A DNA stretch of 64,000 nucleotides from positions 22,695-86,694 of the forward strand of contig CAZIKF010000001.1 in assembly GCA_964539825.1 (NCBI GenBank), read 5' to 3'. The stretch is from an uncultured bacterium. GTDB lineage: Bacteria > Muiribacteriota > UBA6191. How positions within the stretch are numbered: the stretch's first letter is position 1; each line of letters starts with the position of its first letter. Positions 1-12,340 of the stretch are shown here, in pieces. A model generated the notes under the pieces. The model had not been told where the DNA came from. It saw nothing but the letters and a program-made list of their open reading frames with translations, and did not search any database. A program made the translations under genes and the position numbers.

Positions 1-487
1 CCCCAGGCTCTCTAGTGTATACCTTCCCCACTTTGAGTCCACCATCCAAGATGAGATTAAAGTTCTAAAAAAAGACTTAGAATCTCATGAACATGGTGAA
101 ATTCTGGACGTTCTAACATCACTCGAACAGGTATTTCGAGAAAAAATTCTGCCCAGAAAAAGGGCTTTGGAAGAAAATCTCGACCGATATACAACCACCA
201 ACCAACTAGTCTTGCAAGATGAACTCAAGCACCAGAAAGGACTGCTCCAAGAAGCAGACGGCTTCGATAGACCCTCCATCGAACAGTCCATTCAAAGCCT
301 TGAACAAAAGCGCCTTGCATTGAAAGAAACTGAAGATGAATTGGTCCAATTTTATTCACAGACCCGGATCATTCTTAAACAGATGGAAGAGCTCAGGACG
401 AAACTGGCAGGTCCTTCGGATCCAGGGCAACTACTTACAAGCCTTACAGACGCGAATAACCTGCTCGATGAACTCTCAGAGCTCTAG
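1..487 (+). CDS. 5'-truncated hypothetical coiled-coil protein (C-terminal about 162 aa inside window)
   Basis: Frame 2 is open from position 2 to the TAG stop at 485-487. The ORF track lists only the TTG-initiated part from 167. The translation is heptad-like and charged (…LEQKRLALKETEDELVQ…). No recognisable catalytic motif. Confidence 0.4.
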   Translation, partial: PRLSSVYLPHFESTIQDEIKVLKKDLESHEHGEILDVLTSLEQVFREKILPRKRALEENLDRYTTTNQLVLQDELKHQKGLLQEADGFDRPSIEQSIQSLEQKRLALKETEDELVQFYSQTRIILKQMEELRTKLAGPSDPGQLLTSLTDANNLLDELSEL

Positions 488-3400
488 GAAGGTTGGGAGT
501 TTGTGGACTTGTAGATCTGAAGAGTAGCCATTAACAACAGAATCAACAGCAAGAATTGAAGAATCAGTTTTAACCACATTCCTTCTAACAGCCACCAAAC
601 TGGCGTTAGCGCAATCACGACCATAGTTCTTAATAGTGGGTGAGAACGCAGTACCTGTGCCACAGCAGGTGAATTTCGATAGTAGAAGGAAACAAACTCC
701 CTTCCTAATGCTGATTTTAGCAAGAATTCATCTCGAAACCTGCAAAAACTCTTCACCGCTGGATGCTCCATAGAGCCGAACGAGGCAGTCGCAATAAAGC
801 ATCCTCCCCCTCCTCCACCGCTCACAGTGAATGGAGCCGCAGCAACAACGGCCGTGGACCGGGAAAGCTTCAAAATAAGATCATCATCATCGTCGGTCTT
901 ATTGAGGATTAAGAATGCCTTTGAGCCCTTTGGATTCACAAAGTTTTCCTGGTCAATTCTCTCCACTGCCCTCATAACTGAATCCCGTGTAAAGACTTTT
1001 GCCGGTAGCAGGGGAATGGGTATGATTTTTCCCGTTGACGTGGCTACCCCTTCAGAAATTTGAAACTTCTGGGAGGCTGAACCACCATTGGTAAGGAAAA
1101 AGAGAATCTTCAAAGGGACATCAAAGGGATTTTGGACTGTTAGAAGTTTTCCAACTCGAGCGGGAATCCTCACGACCTGGTCAAGAACAGACTGGTTTTG
1201 TAACTGGCTTTCTAGAGAGGTCAAAACCTGGGTTTCCGGATCGAGTTGAACCTGGGAGTCGGGCGGTGTCTCCAGTCCCACGGTCTCAGTCTGAGGAACG
1301 GTAAAAGAGTCGGAACCGGGCAAGAAGACCTGATCCACCCATAACATTATCTTGAAATTCTGACCTCCTCCGACACCCTCAATCTTCTCCTTTAAAATGG
1401 CTGTTCTGGGGATAACCTGAAAAAGAGTAGCATTACTTCTCAGGTCAAGGGTTCTGAAGGAGGTGGTATATTCGCGAAAGGCTAGTGTATCTTCCGGTTG
1501 TTTAGCCCTTATTTCATGGAGAGGTTCATAGATGTCCCACTCCTTGATCCCAGAGGTAGAGAGAATAGTAGCTGATGACTCCCGCCTGGTAAGCTGGGGT
1601 TGAAACAATGCTTCTTTGAAGGAGGTATAAATGGACCAGGGATCTCGCACAGCTGGGAGACTCTGCTCATCCTGCCCAACCCTTTGAATTTTTGATCTGG
1701 AGAATGCTGCTCTTCGTTCCTGAAAACTTACTGAAGTCTGAGAGAGGCCCTGAAAAACAATCGCAGCGGTCCTGGATATGGAGCCAGACTGCGCCTTTTG
1801 AACAATATAGGTAGTCGTACCCGTCCTTGGGGTTGCCTGACCAAGATCCAGACGACGGGATTTCACTGATGCCGGGTCCGAGTCCACATCCCCATCTTCA
1901 AGATCAAGTTGATCCAGAAAGGGAAAGCTCACATCCGCAGTATTTCTACGGTTTTCCAGAGAAACAAATCCCAGAGAAAAGGTGGTTAAATCCAGACGAC
2001 TTTCCGAATCAGCTCCCTCATCGACAGGAACCTCACCCGCACCGGCATCAGCTGCGCCTGCGTCTCCGCCCCCGGCATCGGCATCGGCAGCCCCGGCATC
2101 GGCGGCTCCAGCATCGGCGGCACCACCGTCCGCTCCGCCCGCATCAACCACTACCTCTTCCTCCTGCTGACCCCCAACCTGATCCGGCTCACGAATAGAA
2201 CGCGTAAAGTTAATCCCCAGCCGATTTCCCGTGCTTAAAAAGGTATCATCCACAGAAGTTATGGAATCAATATCCCTCAAGTTCAAATTTCGTATCTCAA
2301 AGAGTCCAAGCGGAGTTCTGGAGGTGGCCGATGTATCCAGAAAAATCGCACTTCCCATATCGAGGAAGTAATCCGAAAAAGTACGCTCGTCCTGGTTGGG
2401 TAAGGTATTTTGGATCTGGCGTAGAGCCTGATCCAGGGCACATATTTTATCCACGGGTACCAGGCTGTTTCTATCGCAGGTCTGTGAGGTGAAAATATTT
2501 TTTGAAAGAGCATTTCCTTCGAGAGAAAAGGATCGGATCTCGCTCTTGAGGGCTTTGACCAGAAATTCATCTCCCGCGCCTCTGACATTAGCCTCCAACT
2601 GCTCCCATATGTATAAAAAGGTCAGGAATCCCATGGCTGTGGACATTTCCTGCTGGGTAAAGTCTCTCTCCACTGCATCCAGCACCTGGGAAGCCGTGGC
2701 ACCAGCTGCAGGGACTACCGGCGGTCCCAGATCAGGGTGGAAAAGACCTGGAAGGTTGTCAATAAAATCATCTGTAGGCCTGGTGAGCTGATTGTGCGGG
2801 TGTAGATAACGCACAACCGAAAAGGGAATGGCCTGGAGAGCGGAGGAGAAGCTGCTCTGGGGAGAATTAGTACAAATGTCCCGAAAGTCACTTACAGCTC
2901 CACAGGTATTGAATAGAAACTCGGTGGAATTGTCCACGCGAAGCCCTGTTCCAATTCCTATTCTCCCTTGAAGCTCCAGGGATGTGCGGGTAGCGCGAAA
3001 TCCAAGGAAGGCTCCCATGGAGCGATCCAGCCACTTATATTCCCGTACAATATCCCCCGTGGAAATCTTTGTAGAATCAACACTATAGGGATTATGAGCC
3101 TGAAAATTTAACAAGAATTGAAACGCCTGAACAAAGGACTGATAAAAAATGAACTTGTTTCCATAGAGCTTGGCCTGTGTCTTATCGGCAGCCTCCGTCG
3201 GCAGGCCCTGGGTTGGATCTAGAAGCCCTATGTCCATGAAAATTAGATTCCCAAAGTTAGAAACCTCATTGATATTAGAGATTCCCCTGGTTCTGAGTTG
3301 GTCAAAAGGAGCGAAGTATCCCTTTGCCGATAGGGCTGGGGTGGGCGAGCCATCTTCTATGTCATAGAGAAGTACATTTAGAATCAAGCTGTTTTCCTGG

Positions 3401-3594
3401 TTGGAAAAGGGACGCTGCAGAGAAATTCCCTGTATATCCAGGATATTTTGAACCAGGCTTCGCATCGTACCCGCCACTTCCTGTAACTGCGAAGATCGAT
3501 CAGGGTCTGCTGGTGGTGAATTTTGAAAAACCACTGCTCTGGTATGATTGAAAAGGAGGATAATCAGCAGAAACAAGGAAAGAAATTGCTTCAT
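484..3594 (-). CDS. large secreted protein (1036 aa) with a shared C-terminal Gly-rich/CFIATA(S/A)FG/HPxV..RFRDE/TM-helix module; paralog of the downstream 749-aa protein
   Basis: N-terminal signal peptide (MKQFLSLFLLIILLFNHTRA). Shares an internal block with the 3591..5840 protein (LILNVLLYDIEDG…YFAPFDQ versus NILLLDIQDGFEDKGSFVGAHFLPQDQ). C-terminal GGGGGGCFIATASFGSMEHPAVKSFCRFRDEFLLK…YYRNSPAVAQ… is followed by a hydrophobic helix. The central region holds a low-complexity (DAGAA)n stretch. Confidence 0.7.
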   Translation of the reverse strand: MKQFLSLFLLIILLFNHTRAVVFQNSPPADPDRSSQLQEVAGTMRSLVQNILDIQGISLQRPFSNQENSLILNVLLYDIEDGSPTPALSAKGYFAPFDQLRTRGISNINEVSNFGNLIFMDIGLLDPTQGLPTEAADKTQAKLYGNKFIFYQSFVQAFQFLLNFQAHNPYSVDSTKISTGDIVREYKWLDRSMGAFLGFRATRTSLELQGRIGIGTGLRVDNSTEFLFNTCGAVSDFRDICTNSPQSSFSSALQAIPFSVVRYLHPHNQLTRPTDDFIDNLPGLFHPDLGPPVVPAAGATASQVLDAVERDFTQQEMSTAMGFLTFLYIWEQLEANVRGAGDEFLVKALKSEIRSFSLEGNALSKNIFTSQTCDRNSLVPVDKICALDQALRQIQNTLPNQDERTFSDYFLDMGSAIFLDTSATSRTPLGLFEIRNLNLRDIDSITSVDDTFLSTGNRLGINFTRSIREPDQVGGQQEEEVVVDAGGADGGAADAGAADAGAADADAGGGDAGAADAGAGEVPVDEGADSESRLDLTTFSLGFVSLENRRNTADVSFPFLDQLDLEDGDVDSDPASVKSRRLDLGQATPRTGTTTYIVQKAQSGSISRTAAIVFQGLSQTSVSFQERRAAFSRSKIQRVGQDEQSLPAVRDPWSIYTSFKEALFQPQLTRRESSATILSTSGIKEWDIYEPLHEIRAKQPEDTLAFREYTTSFRTLDLRSNATLFQVIPRTAILKEKIEGVGGGQNFKIMLWVDQVFLPGSDSFTVPQTETVGLETPPDSQVQLDPETQVLTSLESQLQNQSVLDQVVRIPARVGKLLTVQNPFDVPLKILFFLTNGGSASQKFQISEGVATSTGKIIPIPLLPAKVFTRDSVMRAVERIDQENFVNPKGSKAFLILNKTDDDDDLILKLSRSTAVVAAAPFTVSGGGGGGCFIATASFGSMEHPAVKSFCRFRDEFLLKSALGREFVSFYYRNSPAVAQVLRSHPLLRTMVVIALTPVWWLLEGMWLKLILQFLLLILLLMATLQIYKSTNSQPS
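2030..2160. repeat. imperfect tandem nucleotide repeat (units around ccggcatcggc[g/a]gc) inside the 1036-aa CDS, encoding (D/G)-A-G-A-A repeats
   Basis: The plus-strand sequence 2041-2150 reads caccggcatcagctgcgcc / cccggcatcggcatcggcagc / cccggcatcggcggctccagcatcggcggcacc. The minus-strand translation is GGADGGAADAGAADAGAADADAGGGDAGAADAGAG. Confidence 0.6.
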
Positions 3595-5840
3595 CGTCCT
3601 CGCCCCCTAAGGACTCTCGCGAAAAAGTAAAATACCAGCAGAAATCCAGTGAAAAAGAGAGGATTCAAAAGTACCAGGGTAAATAGGGTGAGAGGTACCA
3701 ACAAGAGCTGAATAAAGAGCTTTAAAAAAGAGGACTCAGCAATGACCCCGGCCAGTGGCGGAGAAAATAGGTAATAGAGGTTTACAAAGTCCCTTCCTGA
3801 TTTAAATTTCATCAGTATCTCATCTCTAAATCTATTAAGAATCAGAACGATGGGGTGATTCTTAGTACCATAGGCCGCCGTGGCTACAAAACATCCTCCA
3901 GCGCCTCCCCCTGCAATTGCCTGTAGCTGCTCAGCGGTAAGTCCGGCACTAAGCGAACTCGCGCTCTGCCCTAAATCTGAAAATAATTCACTGTCAAATG
4001 CGCTCACAAATAAGGAAACCGTTACCGGTTGAGTATTTTCATTATAAAACGCAATGCGTGAACGGCTTCCTTCTCTTAGTATTACGACCTTCTCATCGGT
4101 TACTGGAACAAGGGAACTAAGGGATGCTAAGGATTCAGAACGGACTTCCAGCGTGATTTGAGTCGTGATGACGCTATCCTCAAGGCTCAGGCTCACTGGA
4201 AAATTAGATGAGTTCTCTATATATAGTTCAAAAATTCCTGCCTGAGAAAGAGTAATGAGGAGATTGGAAGTGGTGCTGCTGGTAGGAACCAGGGAAGTAT
4301 CAATGGGAAAAGGAGTAGCGGGCTCTACCTCTGTTTTTGATACTGTACTTTTAGCAGAATCACTCAGAAAGAGGGAAAAGGGAACCTCCTGGGTGAAGCG
4401 GGATTCAATTTGCTGAATTCTATAATTCCGTGAATCCTGCTCAAGGTTCAGCATAAATACCCATTTTTCCACTCCTGGAGGTAGGAACTCAAAGACCGAA
4501 TCATTTAGGATAATTGTCTCTACTCGGGGATTTCCCGCGGCATCCTTACGCAGAACCTTAACATCTGATTTCCCTATCCCTGAAGGAGCGGAAAAGTGAA
4601 TTTCCCGCTGGGTAGTGCCGGAGGGATTTTCAACTCTTACAATAGAAGGTTGGAAGGCCTGGACGAGGAGAACCGGAGGATCATTTGGATCATCCAACAG
4701 AGGGTATGCAAGAAGATCCAATAGCGGTACCCGGTAAGATTCCAGGTTATATTTTGTTTCTGTGGTAGGTAGCTGTAGAGCCAGAAAATAGTCTTTGTAA
4801 AGCTCTGAAAATGTACCCAGTGCTCGGGAACTCAAAGCCAAATCCAATCCTTCAATTCCATCCAATGGCTGATCCAATATTTCTCGAAACAGGCGGTCTC
4901 CATCACTGACCCTGGATCGAAAATCTCCATCCCCTCTTTGGAAGAGATAGGTAAAGAATAGATAGGAGAAACCACGAAAGTACTCGAAGTCTTTATTATC
5001 CGCCGGCTCCCTTGGGTTTTGAAAAATTCGTACTCTGTCTAGATCACTATCTTTAAAAGGAAATACTGCTCTCATTCGTGTTATGTCCTGCAAGTATGCA
5101 TTCACTTCTACGGGAGAAGCGGTTGGGGCATCTAGAATCTTGCTTGAACTTCTGGGAAAATTTACGGAATTCAAAAAGCGGTAAACGCTATACTGGGAAA
5201 TTCCTTCCTTTACCCAGTTTTCCTCGGTCGAATCTCTCTGGTACTGGATCAGGCGGGAGAGTACACGGGTTAACTCCATATAGGTCCGCCGTTTATTTAC
5301 TAAAGCATGTTGAGCTATTCCCAGGGTTCCCGGATTCAGGTCTACATAGAGAATATTCATGCCATTCCAACCACCGGCAGGGTCTTGATCCTGGGGAAGG
5401 AAGTGAGCTCCTACAAAGGACCCTTTATCTTCAAATCCATCTTGTATGTCTAATAAAAGAATATTGAGTCCAGGAGACTGAGAGCCCGTAACTTCTTGGA
5501 TTTCAAAGAGCGTACCTTCCATGGAAGGTACGAGAACAGATTTCATCCACTCAGCGAAATCATCAAGCACAGACTGACGATCCCCCTCTACAGAAACGGG
5601 ATTAAGGAGCGAATTCAAACCATTGGCGGTCGTACCCTCAAAGAGAGAGTTTTCTACCCAAACGCTTAAATCTAAACCAGGTCTTAGAGTGGCGGTTGCT
5701 CGTACCATTGCGGAGATGGAAAGAACCTGCCCCCGGTCAAAGTCAGGGACATCAAAATCCATTACGGTACCAGAGGGTGCTCCCATTAAAATGGAAAGGG
5801 AACAGCCCAGCACCAGGAATGCCAGTAACAACTTCTTCAT
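3591..5840 (-). CDS. large secreted protein / putative lipoprotein (749 aa), paralog of the upstream 1036-aa protein with the same C-terminal anchor-like module
   Basis: Signal peptide with a lipobox-like LVLGC. C-terminus …AGGGAGGCFVATAAYGTKNHPIVLILNRFRDEILMKFKSGRDFVNLYYLFSPPLAGVIAE… followed by a TM helix and a basic tail (ARVLRGRGR). 4-nt overlap with the upstream gene. Confidence 0.7.
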   Translation of the reverse strand: MKKLLLAFLVLGCSLSILMGAPSGTVMDFDVPDFDRGQVLSISAMVRATATLRPGLDLSVWVENSLFEGTTANGLNSLLNPVSVEGDRQSVLDDFAEWMKSVLVPSMEGTLFEIQEVTGSQSPGLNILLLDIQDGFEDKGSFVGAHFLPQDQDPAGGWNGMNILYVDLNPGTLGIAQHALVNKRRTYMELTRVLSRLIQYQRDSTEENWVKEGISQYSVYRFLNSVNFPRSSSKILDAPTASPVEVNAYLQDITRMRAVFPFKDSDLDRVRIFQNPREPADNKDFEYFRGFSYLFFTYLFQRGDGDFRSRVSDGDRLFREILDQPLDGIEGLDLALSSRALGTFSELYKDYFLALQLPTTETKYNLESYRVPLLDLLAYPLLDDPNDPPVLLVQAFQPSIVRVENPSGTTQREIHFSAPSGIGKSDVKVLRKDAAGNPRVETIILNDSVFEFLPPGVEKWVFMLNLEQDSRNYRIQQIESRFTQEVPFSLFLSDSAKSTVSKTEVEPATPFPIDTSLVPTSSTTSNLLITLSQAGIFELYIENSSNFPVSLSLEDSVITTQITLEVRSESLASLSSLVPVTDEKVVILREGSRSRIAFYNENTQPVTVSLFVSAFDSELFSDLGQSASSLSAGLTAEQLQAIAGGGAGGCFVATAAYGTKNHPIVLILNRFRDEILMKFKSGRDFVNLYYLFSPPLAGVIAESSFLKLFIQLLLVPLTLFTLVLLNPLFFTGFLLVFYFFARVLRGRGR

Positions 5841-6122
5841 GATCTCAATGATCTTTTCGTTATTGAAGGGAGATTCGATTAGGGGAATGAGCCGGAAAGT
5901 CCCTTATCATCCAGTAATCTGACCCGGGATTTTCTTTCGCTTTGTAGATTTTTTACCGGCGTTTGAAACAATTCAGGGTAAAACAGGGAGCTTCGTTGAA
6001 TTGGTCAAGCCGCTATACCGAAAGGTAAACGGGATACCAGTTTGCAGGTTCATGACCAAAATAAGCACATCACAGGTGAGCAAGTGCTTTTGGGTATTAA
6101 AAATCCTTTTTTAGGAAGTGAC

Positions 6123-6446
6123 TTATCCCAGACCGGGGATCTTCATCCCGCCAGTGACGGAAGACATTTGAGAGTCTTTGGCTTCCTGGGCTTTTCTCTG
6201 TGCATCCTGGATCGCCGCTAGAATTACATCTTCCAGCATCTCCACATCCTCTGGATCCACGGCTTCAGGCATTATCTTCAAGGAGATCAGTTCGAGCTTT
6301 CCATTCACTTCCGATTCCGCCATTCCGCCACCAGCGGAGCCAGAAAAGCTCATACCGTCGAGCTTCTCTTGCTCTTCAGCCATTTTTGACTGCATCTGCT
6401 GAGCTTGTTTCATCAGCTTGGCAAATTGATCATTCATCGATGGCAA
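6123..6446 (-). CDS. ybaB: nucleoid-associated protein YbaB/EbfC
   Basis: 107 aa with KLMKQAQQMQSKMAEEQEKL…EMLEDVILAAIQDA…GGMKIPGLG, which is typical of the YbaB/DUF149 family. Confidence 0.8.
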   Translation of the reverse strand: MPSMNDQFAKLMKQAQQMQSKMAEEQEKLDGMSFSGSAGGGMAESEVNGKLELISLKIMPEAVDPEDVEMLEDVILAAIQDAQRKAQEAKDSQMSSVTGGMKIPGLG

Positions 6447-6858
6447 TTCCTTTTAATCGCAGCCTTACCATGGATCGGGCTTTAGATTCTATCGCCCTTT
6501 CAGACTGTAAACTCCTCTTGGGAACCTGTGGATCTTTTCCAAGAAGTCTTTGATTAGCTCTAAACAATGCTTGCTGCGCACGCTCCACATCCACTTCTTC
6601 TGGCAGTTCAAAATAGTCCGGACACAGGGTCAGTTCATTCTCTACGAAATGTCCAATACCGTTAAAAACAACAAATTTCTCCGAGTTCTTATCATGGATA
6701 ATCTCACACATTCCAACCCCGAGCATAAATACCAGGGGGGCATGATTGGGATAAATCTCCATATACCCATCGGATGCATAAATGGAAACCTGAGTCGCTG
6801 TCATTTTTACCGGATCACGGCCCGGTGAGACAATTTTGATCGGGATTTCTTCGTCCAT
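6430..6858 (-). CDS. atpC: F1Fo ATP synthase epsilon subunit
   Basis: 142 aa lying immediately downstream of atpD. N-terminal beta-sandwich pattern (…KIVSPGRDPVKMTATQVSIYASDGYMEIYPNHAPLV…) and a C-terminal helical hairpin. Confidence 0.85.
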   Translation of the reverse strand: MDEEIPIKIVSPGRDPVKMTATQVSIYASDGYMEIYPNHAPLVFMLGVGMCEIIHDKNSEKFVVFNGIGHFVENELTLCPDYFELPEEVDVERAQQALFRANQRLLGKDPQVPKRSLQSERAIESKARSMVRLRLKGIAIDE

Positions 6859-6861
6859 GAA

Positions 6862-9170
<2,309 letters not shown>

Positions 9171-9181
9171 GGATTCTCACC

Positions 9182-10702
9182 TCAGGATGCCGTTGCACCA
9201 AAGCTGGACTTAAATTCCTTGATCAATTGATCTAAACGGGCTTTAAGTTCGTCATTGAGTTCTTTTTTCTCGCGAACTTCACTGAGAAAAGCCTCCTGAC
9301 TTGTCTCCATGTACTGATGAAATTCGGTCTCAAAACGTATCATTTCCGAAACAGGCAAATCATCCAGTGAGCCCGTGGTAACCGCATAGACAGACAGAAC
9401 CTGCATGACCACATCCATGGGTTCATATTGTCCTTGCTTGAGCATCTCAAGGGTTCGCTCTCCTCGTGCTAACTGTCTTTGGGTGGCATCATCCAGATCA
9501 GACCCAAATTGTGCGAAGGCCGCCAACTCGCGATACTGAGCCAAATCTAAGCGCAGGGAACCGGCAACCTTCTTCATCGCCTTGATCTGTGCGTCTCCAC
9601 CAACTCTAGATACGGATAATCCCACATCCACGGCTGGTCTCTGCCCGGAATTGAAAAGGTCTACATTGAGATAGATCTGACCATCAGTGATGGAAATCAC
9701 ATTGGTTGGAATATATGCTGAAACGTCCGAAGCCTGAGTCTCAATAATAGGAAGTGCTGTGATAGACCCGGCGCCCAGTTCGTCATTAAGCTTAACTGCA
9801 CGTTCTAGAAGCCTCGAATGCAAATAGAACACGTCTCCAGGATAAGCCTCACGTCCAGGAGGCCTTCTAAGAAGCAGAGATAGTTCCCGGTAAGCTACGG
9901 CATGTTTGGATAAATCATCGTAGATACACAGAACATCTTTCTTTTCTTCATACATGAATTCCTCACCCATGGTGACACCTGAATAGGGTGAGATGAATGT
10001 CAGGGGAGCTGGATCAGATCCTGCGGAAGCAACCACAATGGTATTTTCCATCGCACCTTCTTCCTCAAGCTTACGCACCACGTTAGCCACCGTGGACATC
10101 TTCTGACCTATGGCAACATAAATGGAAACTACACCGCTTCCCTTCTGATTGATGATGGTATCAATGGCGATTGCAGTCTTTCCGGACTGACGATCACCAA
10201 TGATGAGCTCTCTTTGACCTCGACCGATTGGGACCATGGAATCTATCGCTTTTAAACCTGTCTGCAGGGGAACTTTTACAGGTTGGCGGTCAATAATACC
10301 TGCCGCAATTCGCTCGATGGGGCGGGTTTTACTGGTGTTTATGGGCCCCTTACCATCAATGGGCTGACCCAGGGGATTTACCACTCGGCCTAAAAGCTCG
10401 GGACCTACTGGTACAGACATTACCCGACCGGTGGACTTTACCTGATCCCCTTCCTTGATTCGTTTAAAATCACCCATGAGAGCGACACCGACGGTACCCT
10501 CATCAAGGTTTAGAACCATTCCGTAGATTTCATTTGGGAACTCTACAAGCTCCCCGACCATGGCCTGATCAAGTCCATAAATCACGGCAATTCCATCACC
10601 TACACTGGTGACATAACCAACTTCCTTCTGGATCGAAACTTCTTCGAAGCTCTCAATCTGCTTCTTGATCAGTTTGGTAATTTCTTCCGATTTGATCTGC
10701 AT
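9182..10702 (-). CDS. atpA: F1Fo ATP synthase alpha subunit
   Basis: 506 aa with Walker [16 protein letters not shown] and overall alpha-subunit architecture. Confidence 0.97.
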   Translation of the reverse strand: MQIKSEEITKLIKKQIESFEEVSIQKEVGYVTSVGDGIAVIYGLDQAMVGELVEFPNEIYGMVLNLDEGTVGVALMGDFKRIKEGDQVKSTGRVMSVPVGPELLGRVVNPLGQPIDGKGPINTSKTRPIERIAAGIIDRQPVKVPLQTGLKAIDSMVPIGRGQRELIIGDRQSGKTAIAIDTIINQKGSGVVSIYVAIGQKMSTVANVVRKLEEEGAMENTIVVASAGSDPAPLTFISPYSGVTMGEEFMYEEKKDVLCIYDDLSKHAVAYRELSLLLRRPPGREAYPGDVFYLHSRLLERAVKLNDELGAGSITALPIIETQASDVSAYIPTNVISITDGQIYLNVDLFNSGQRPAVDVGLSVSRVGGDAQIKAMKKVAGSLRLDLAQYRELAAFAQFGSDLDDATQRQLARGERTLEMLKQGQYEPMDVVMQVLSVYAVTTGSLDDLPVSEMIRFETEFHQYMETSQEAFLSEVREKKELNDELKARLDQLIKEFKSSFGATAS

Positions 10703-10721
10703 CCCGTTTACCGCCTTGTTG

Positions 10722-11276
10722 TTACCAAATCCTCATTTTTTCTACGAGGTCTTCCAGCCGCTCTAGCTGGCCCTTTACACTATAATCAAAGATTTTGTTC
10801 TCTGTTTGGATCACAAAGCCACCCAGAAGTGTGGTGTCGTTCTCAAAACTCAGTTCTAATTTCTTGCCTACCATCTTTTCAATACCCTTTTTGAGCTTTT
10901 TCTGATCGGACTCTTGAAGATCGGCAGCCAAATAGACTCTTGCCTCTCCCCTCCCAAATCGGGAATCGGTTATCCGGACAAAATCAGTCAAAATTGAATT
11001 CAGCAGGTCAAGCCTCTGATTCTTTAGGAGAATTTTCAAAAAATTTCCTACAGATTTTGAGAGCTTCATCTTTTTGACAACTGCACCCAAGACTCCTATC
11101 TTGGCGGTCAATTGCTGAAATGGGCTCGAAAGCACTGATCTCAAATCCTCTGACTCATTGAGAAGCTCTTGAAACTCATTAATCTCTGCAACGGCCTGAT
11201 CTACTTCCTTTTCGCTTTGGAGACAAGAATCAAGCGCAGAAGAATACCTTCTGGCTATCACCATTTCATTTCCCAT
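10722..11276 (-). CDS. atpH: F1Fo ATP synthase delta (OSCP) subunit
   Basis: 184 aa sitting between atpF and atpA. N-terminal ARRYSSAL motif typical of delta. Confidence 0.8.
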   Translation of the reverse strand: MGNEMVIARRYSSALDSCLQSEKEVDQAVAEINEFQELLNESEDLRSVLSSPFQQLTAKIGVLGAVVKKMKLSKSVGNFLKILLKNQRLDLLNSILTDFVRITDSRFGRGEARVYLAADLQESDQKKLKKGIEKMVGKKLELSFENDTTLLGGFVIQTENKIFDYSVKGQLERLEDLVEKMRIW

Positions 11277-11898
11277 CGCGGCCTCCGAGATTACTCACGG
11301 TATTTGAAGCATATTTTTTCAGAGATGTTTTCATTTTCTCCTCTGACAAACTGTCCACAAATATGCCGGTTAAACCGCTAAAGAATCGGCCCTTTAAATC
11401 ATCAAGACCTTCTCTGAAATGAGCGGCGGCATCAAGATCCACCTGACCTAAGATGCGCAGTTCCTGCTCCCTTGCGGATTCGATGACCTGTTCACGAATT
11501 TTGTGGGTCTGCTGAGTGGCTTCTTGAAGAATCCTGGTCTCTTCCTCACCGAGATTCTCAAGTTTCCCCTTAAGCTCCTCAACCTTTTGCTGAAATTCCC
11601 TGCGCTGGGATTCTTCCTGACTAAGCCTGGTTTCAATATCAGTAAGGTTCTCATCCACAGCTGGCAATAAGAGCTTTTTTATGACAAAGTTCCACAGCAA
11701 CAACATCAGAATAATGAAGTTGAGCCATTCCATCAGATACTGCCAGGTATGACCTCTCAAAAACTCCATGACCCCACCAGCCGTGGCTTCGCTTTCGGCC
11801 GCGTAAATAGGGGCTATCAGAAGAAAAAATAATCCTAGAAATATCCAAATTCCCGGAGTCAGATTATGCAGGAGTCTGTGCTTTGTACCATGCCTCAT
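11266..11898 (-). CDS. atpF: F1Fo ATP synthase b subunit
   Basis: 210 aa with a single N-terminal TM helix and then a long charged helix (EETRILQEATQQTHKIREQVIESAREQELRILG). Confidence 0.75.
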   Translation of the reverse strand: MRHGTKHRLLHNLTPGIWIFLGLFFLLIAPIYAAESEATAGGVMEFLRGHTWQYLMEWLNFIILMLLLWNFVIKKLLLPAVDENLTDIETRLSQEESQRREFQQKVEELKGKLENLGEEETRILQEATQQTHKIREQVIESAREQELRILGQVDLDAAAHFREGLDDLKGRFFSGLTGIFVDSLSEEKMKTSLKKYASNTVSNLGGRDGK

Positions 11899-12314
11899 GA
11901 TCCAAGAACCTTTCGATTCAGGACTTCCACGAGCTCGCCGCTGGACTTACCTAAATTCTGTTCCAATTCCTTGAGATTTTGCTCCACAACCTTGAATTTT
12001 TCTTGGGTCATTTCGACTGCCTTTGCTTCGGCATTTTCAAGGATTTTGGCTTTTTCTGCTTCCGCTTCATCTCGGGCCTTGCGCCTCAACTTCGACGCCT
12101 CGCCATGAATCCCCCCAAGCTTTGCGCGATAGGTGGACTCCAAGATTCCAATCTCACTCTTTTCGGCTGCGAATCCCTCTGCAAGTCCCGCGAAGCGAGC
12201 CTTACGTTCATCCATAACCCTAAATAAGGGTTTAAACAGAATTAAATCCAGCAGCCAATAGAGAACCAGAAAATTTAAAAGCTGGAAAAATAGGCTTATA
12301 TTAATATCAATCAT
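11895..12314 (-). CDS. atpF2: F1Fo ATP synthase b' subunit
   Basis: 139 aa with an N-terminal TM helix (FFQLLNFLVLYWLLDLILFKPL) and a charged coiled-coil tail. Sits in the position of a second b-type gene. Confidence 0.7.
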   Translation of the reverse strand: MIDINISLFFQLLNFLVLYWLLDLILFKPLFRVMDERKARFAGLAEGFAAEKSEIGILESTYRAKLGGIHGEASKLRRKARDEAEAEKAKILENAEAKAVEMTQEKFKVVEQNLKELEQNLGKSSGELVEVLNRKVLGS

Positions 12315-12340
12315 GTGAGAAAACTCCTCTTAGGATTTTC

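Noticed and set aside
85-527. Small ORFs 85..291(-) and 336..527(+) at the window start
   Set aside because: They overlap or are antisense to the continuous frame-2 ORF that runs from position 2 to 487. No motifs, so likely spurious.
1827-2198. His/Arg/Pro-rich 123-aa and Ala/Pro/Ser-rich 62-aa plus-strand ORFs
   Set aside because: They are antisense reading frames of the GC-rich tandem repeat inside the 1036-aa gene. Their composition is the mirror image of the (DAGAA)n repeat.
6059-6110. Hairpin AAGCAC…GUGCUU downstream of ybaB as an intrinsic terminator
   Set aside because: The stem is only ~6 bp with a 15-nt loop and an interrupted U-tract. Too weak to call without folding energy.
11448-11848. 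Two 65-68-aa ORFs inside atpF
   Set aside because: Out-of-frame overlaps with a well-supported b-subunit gene.
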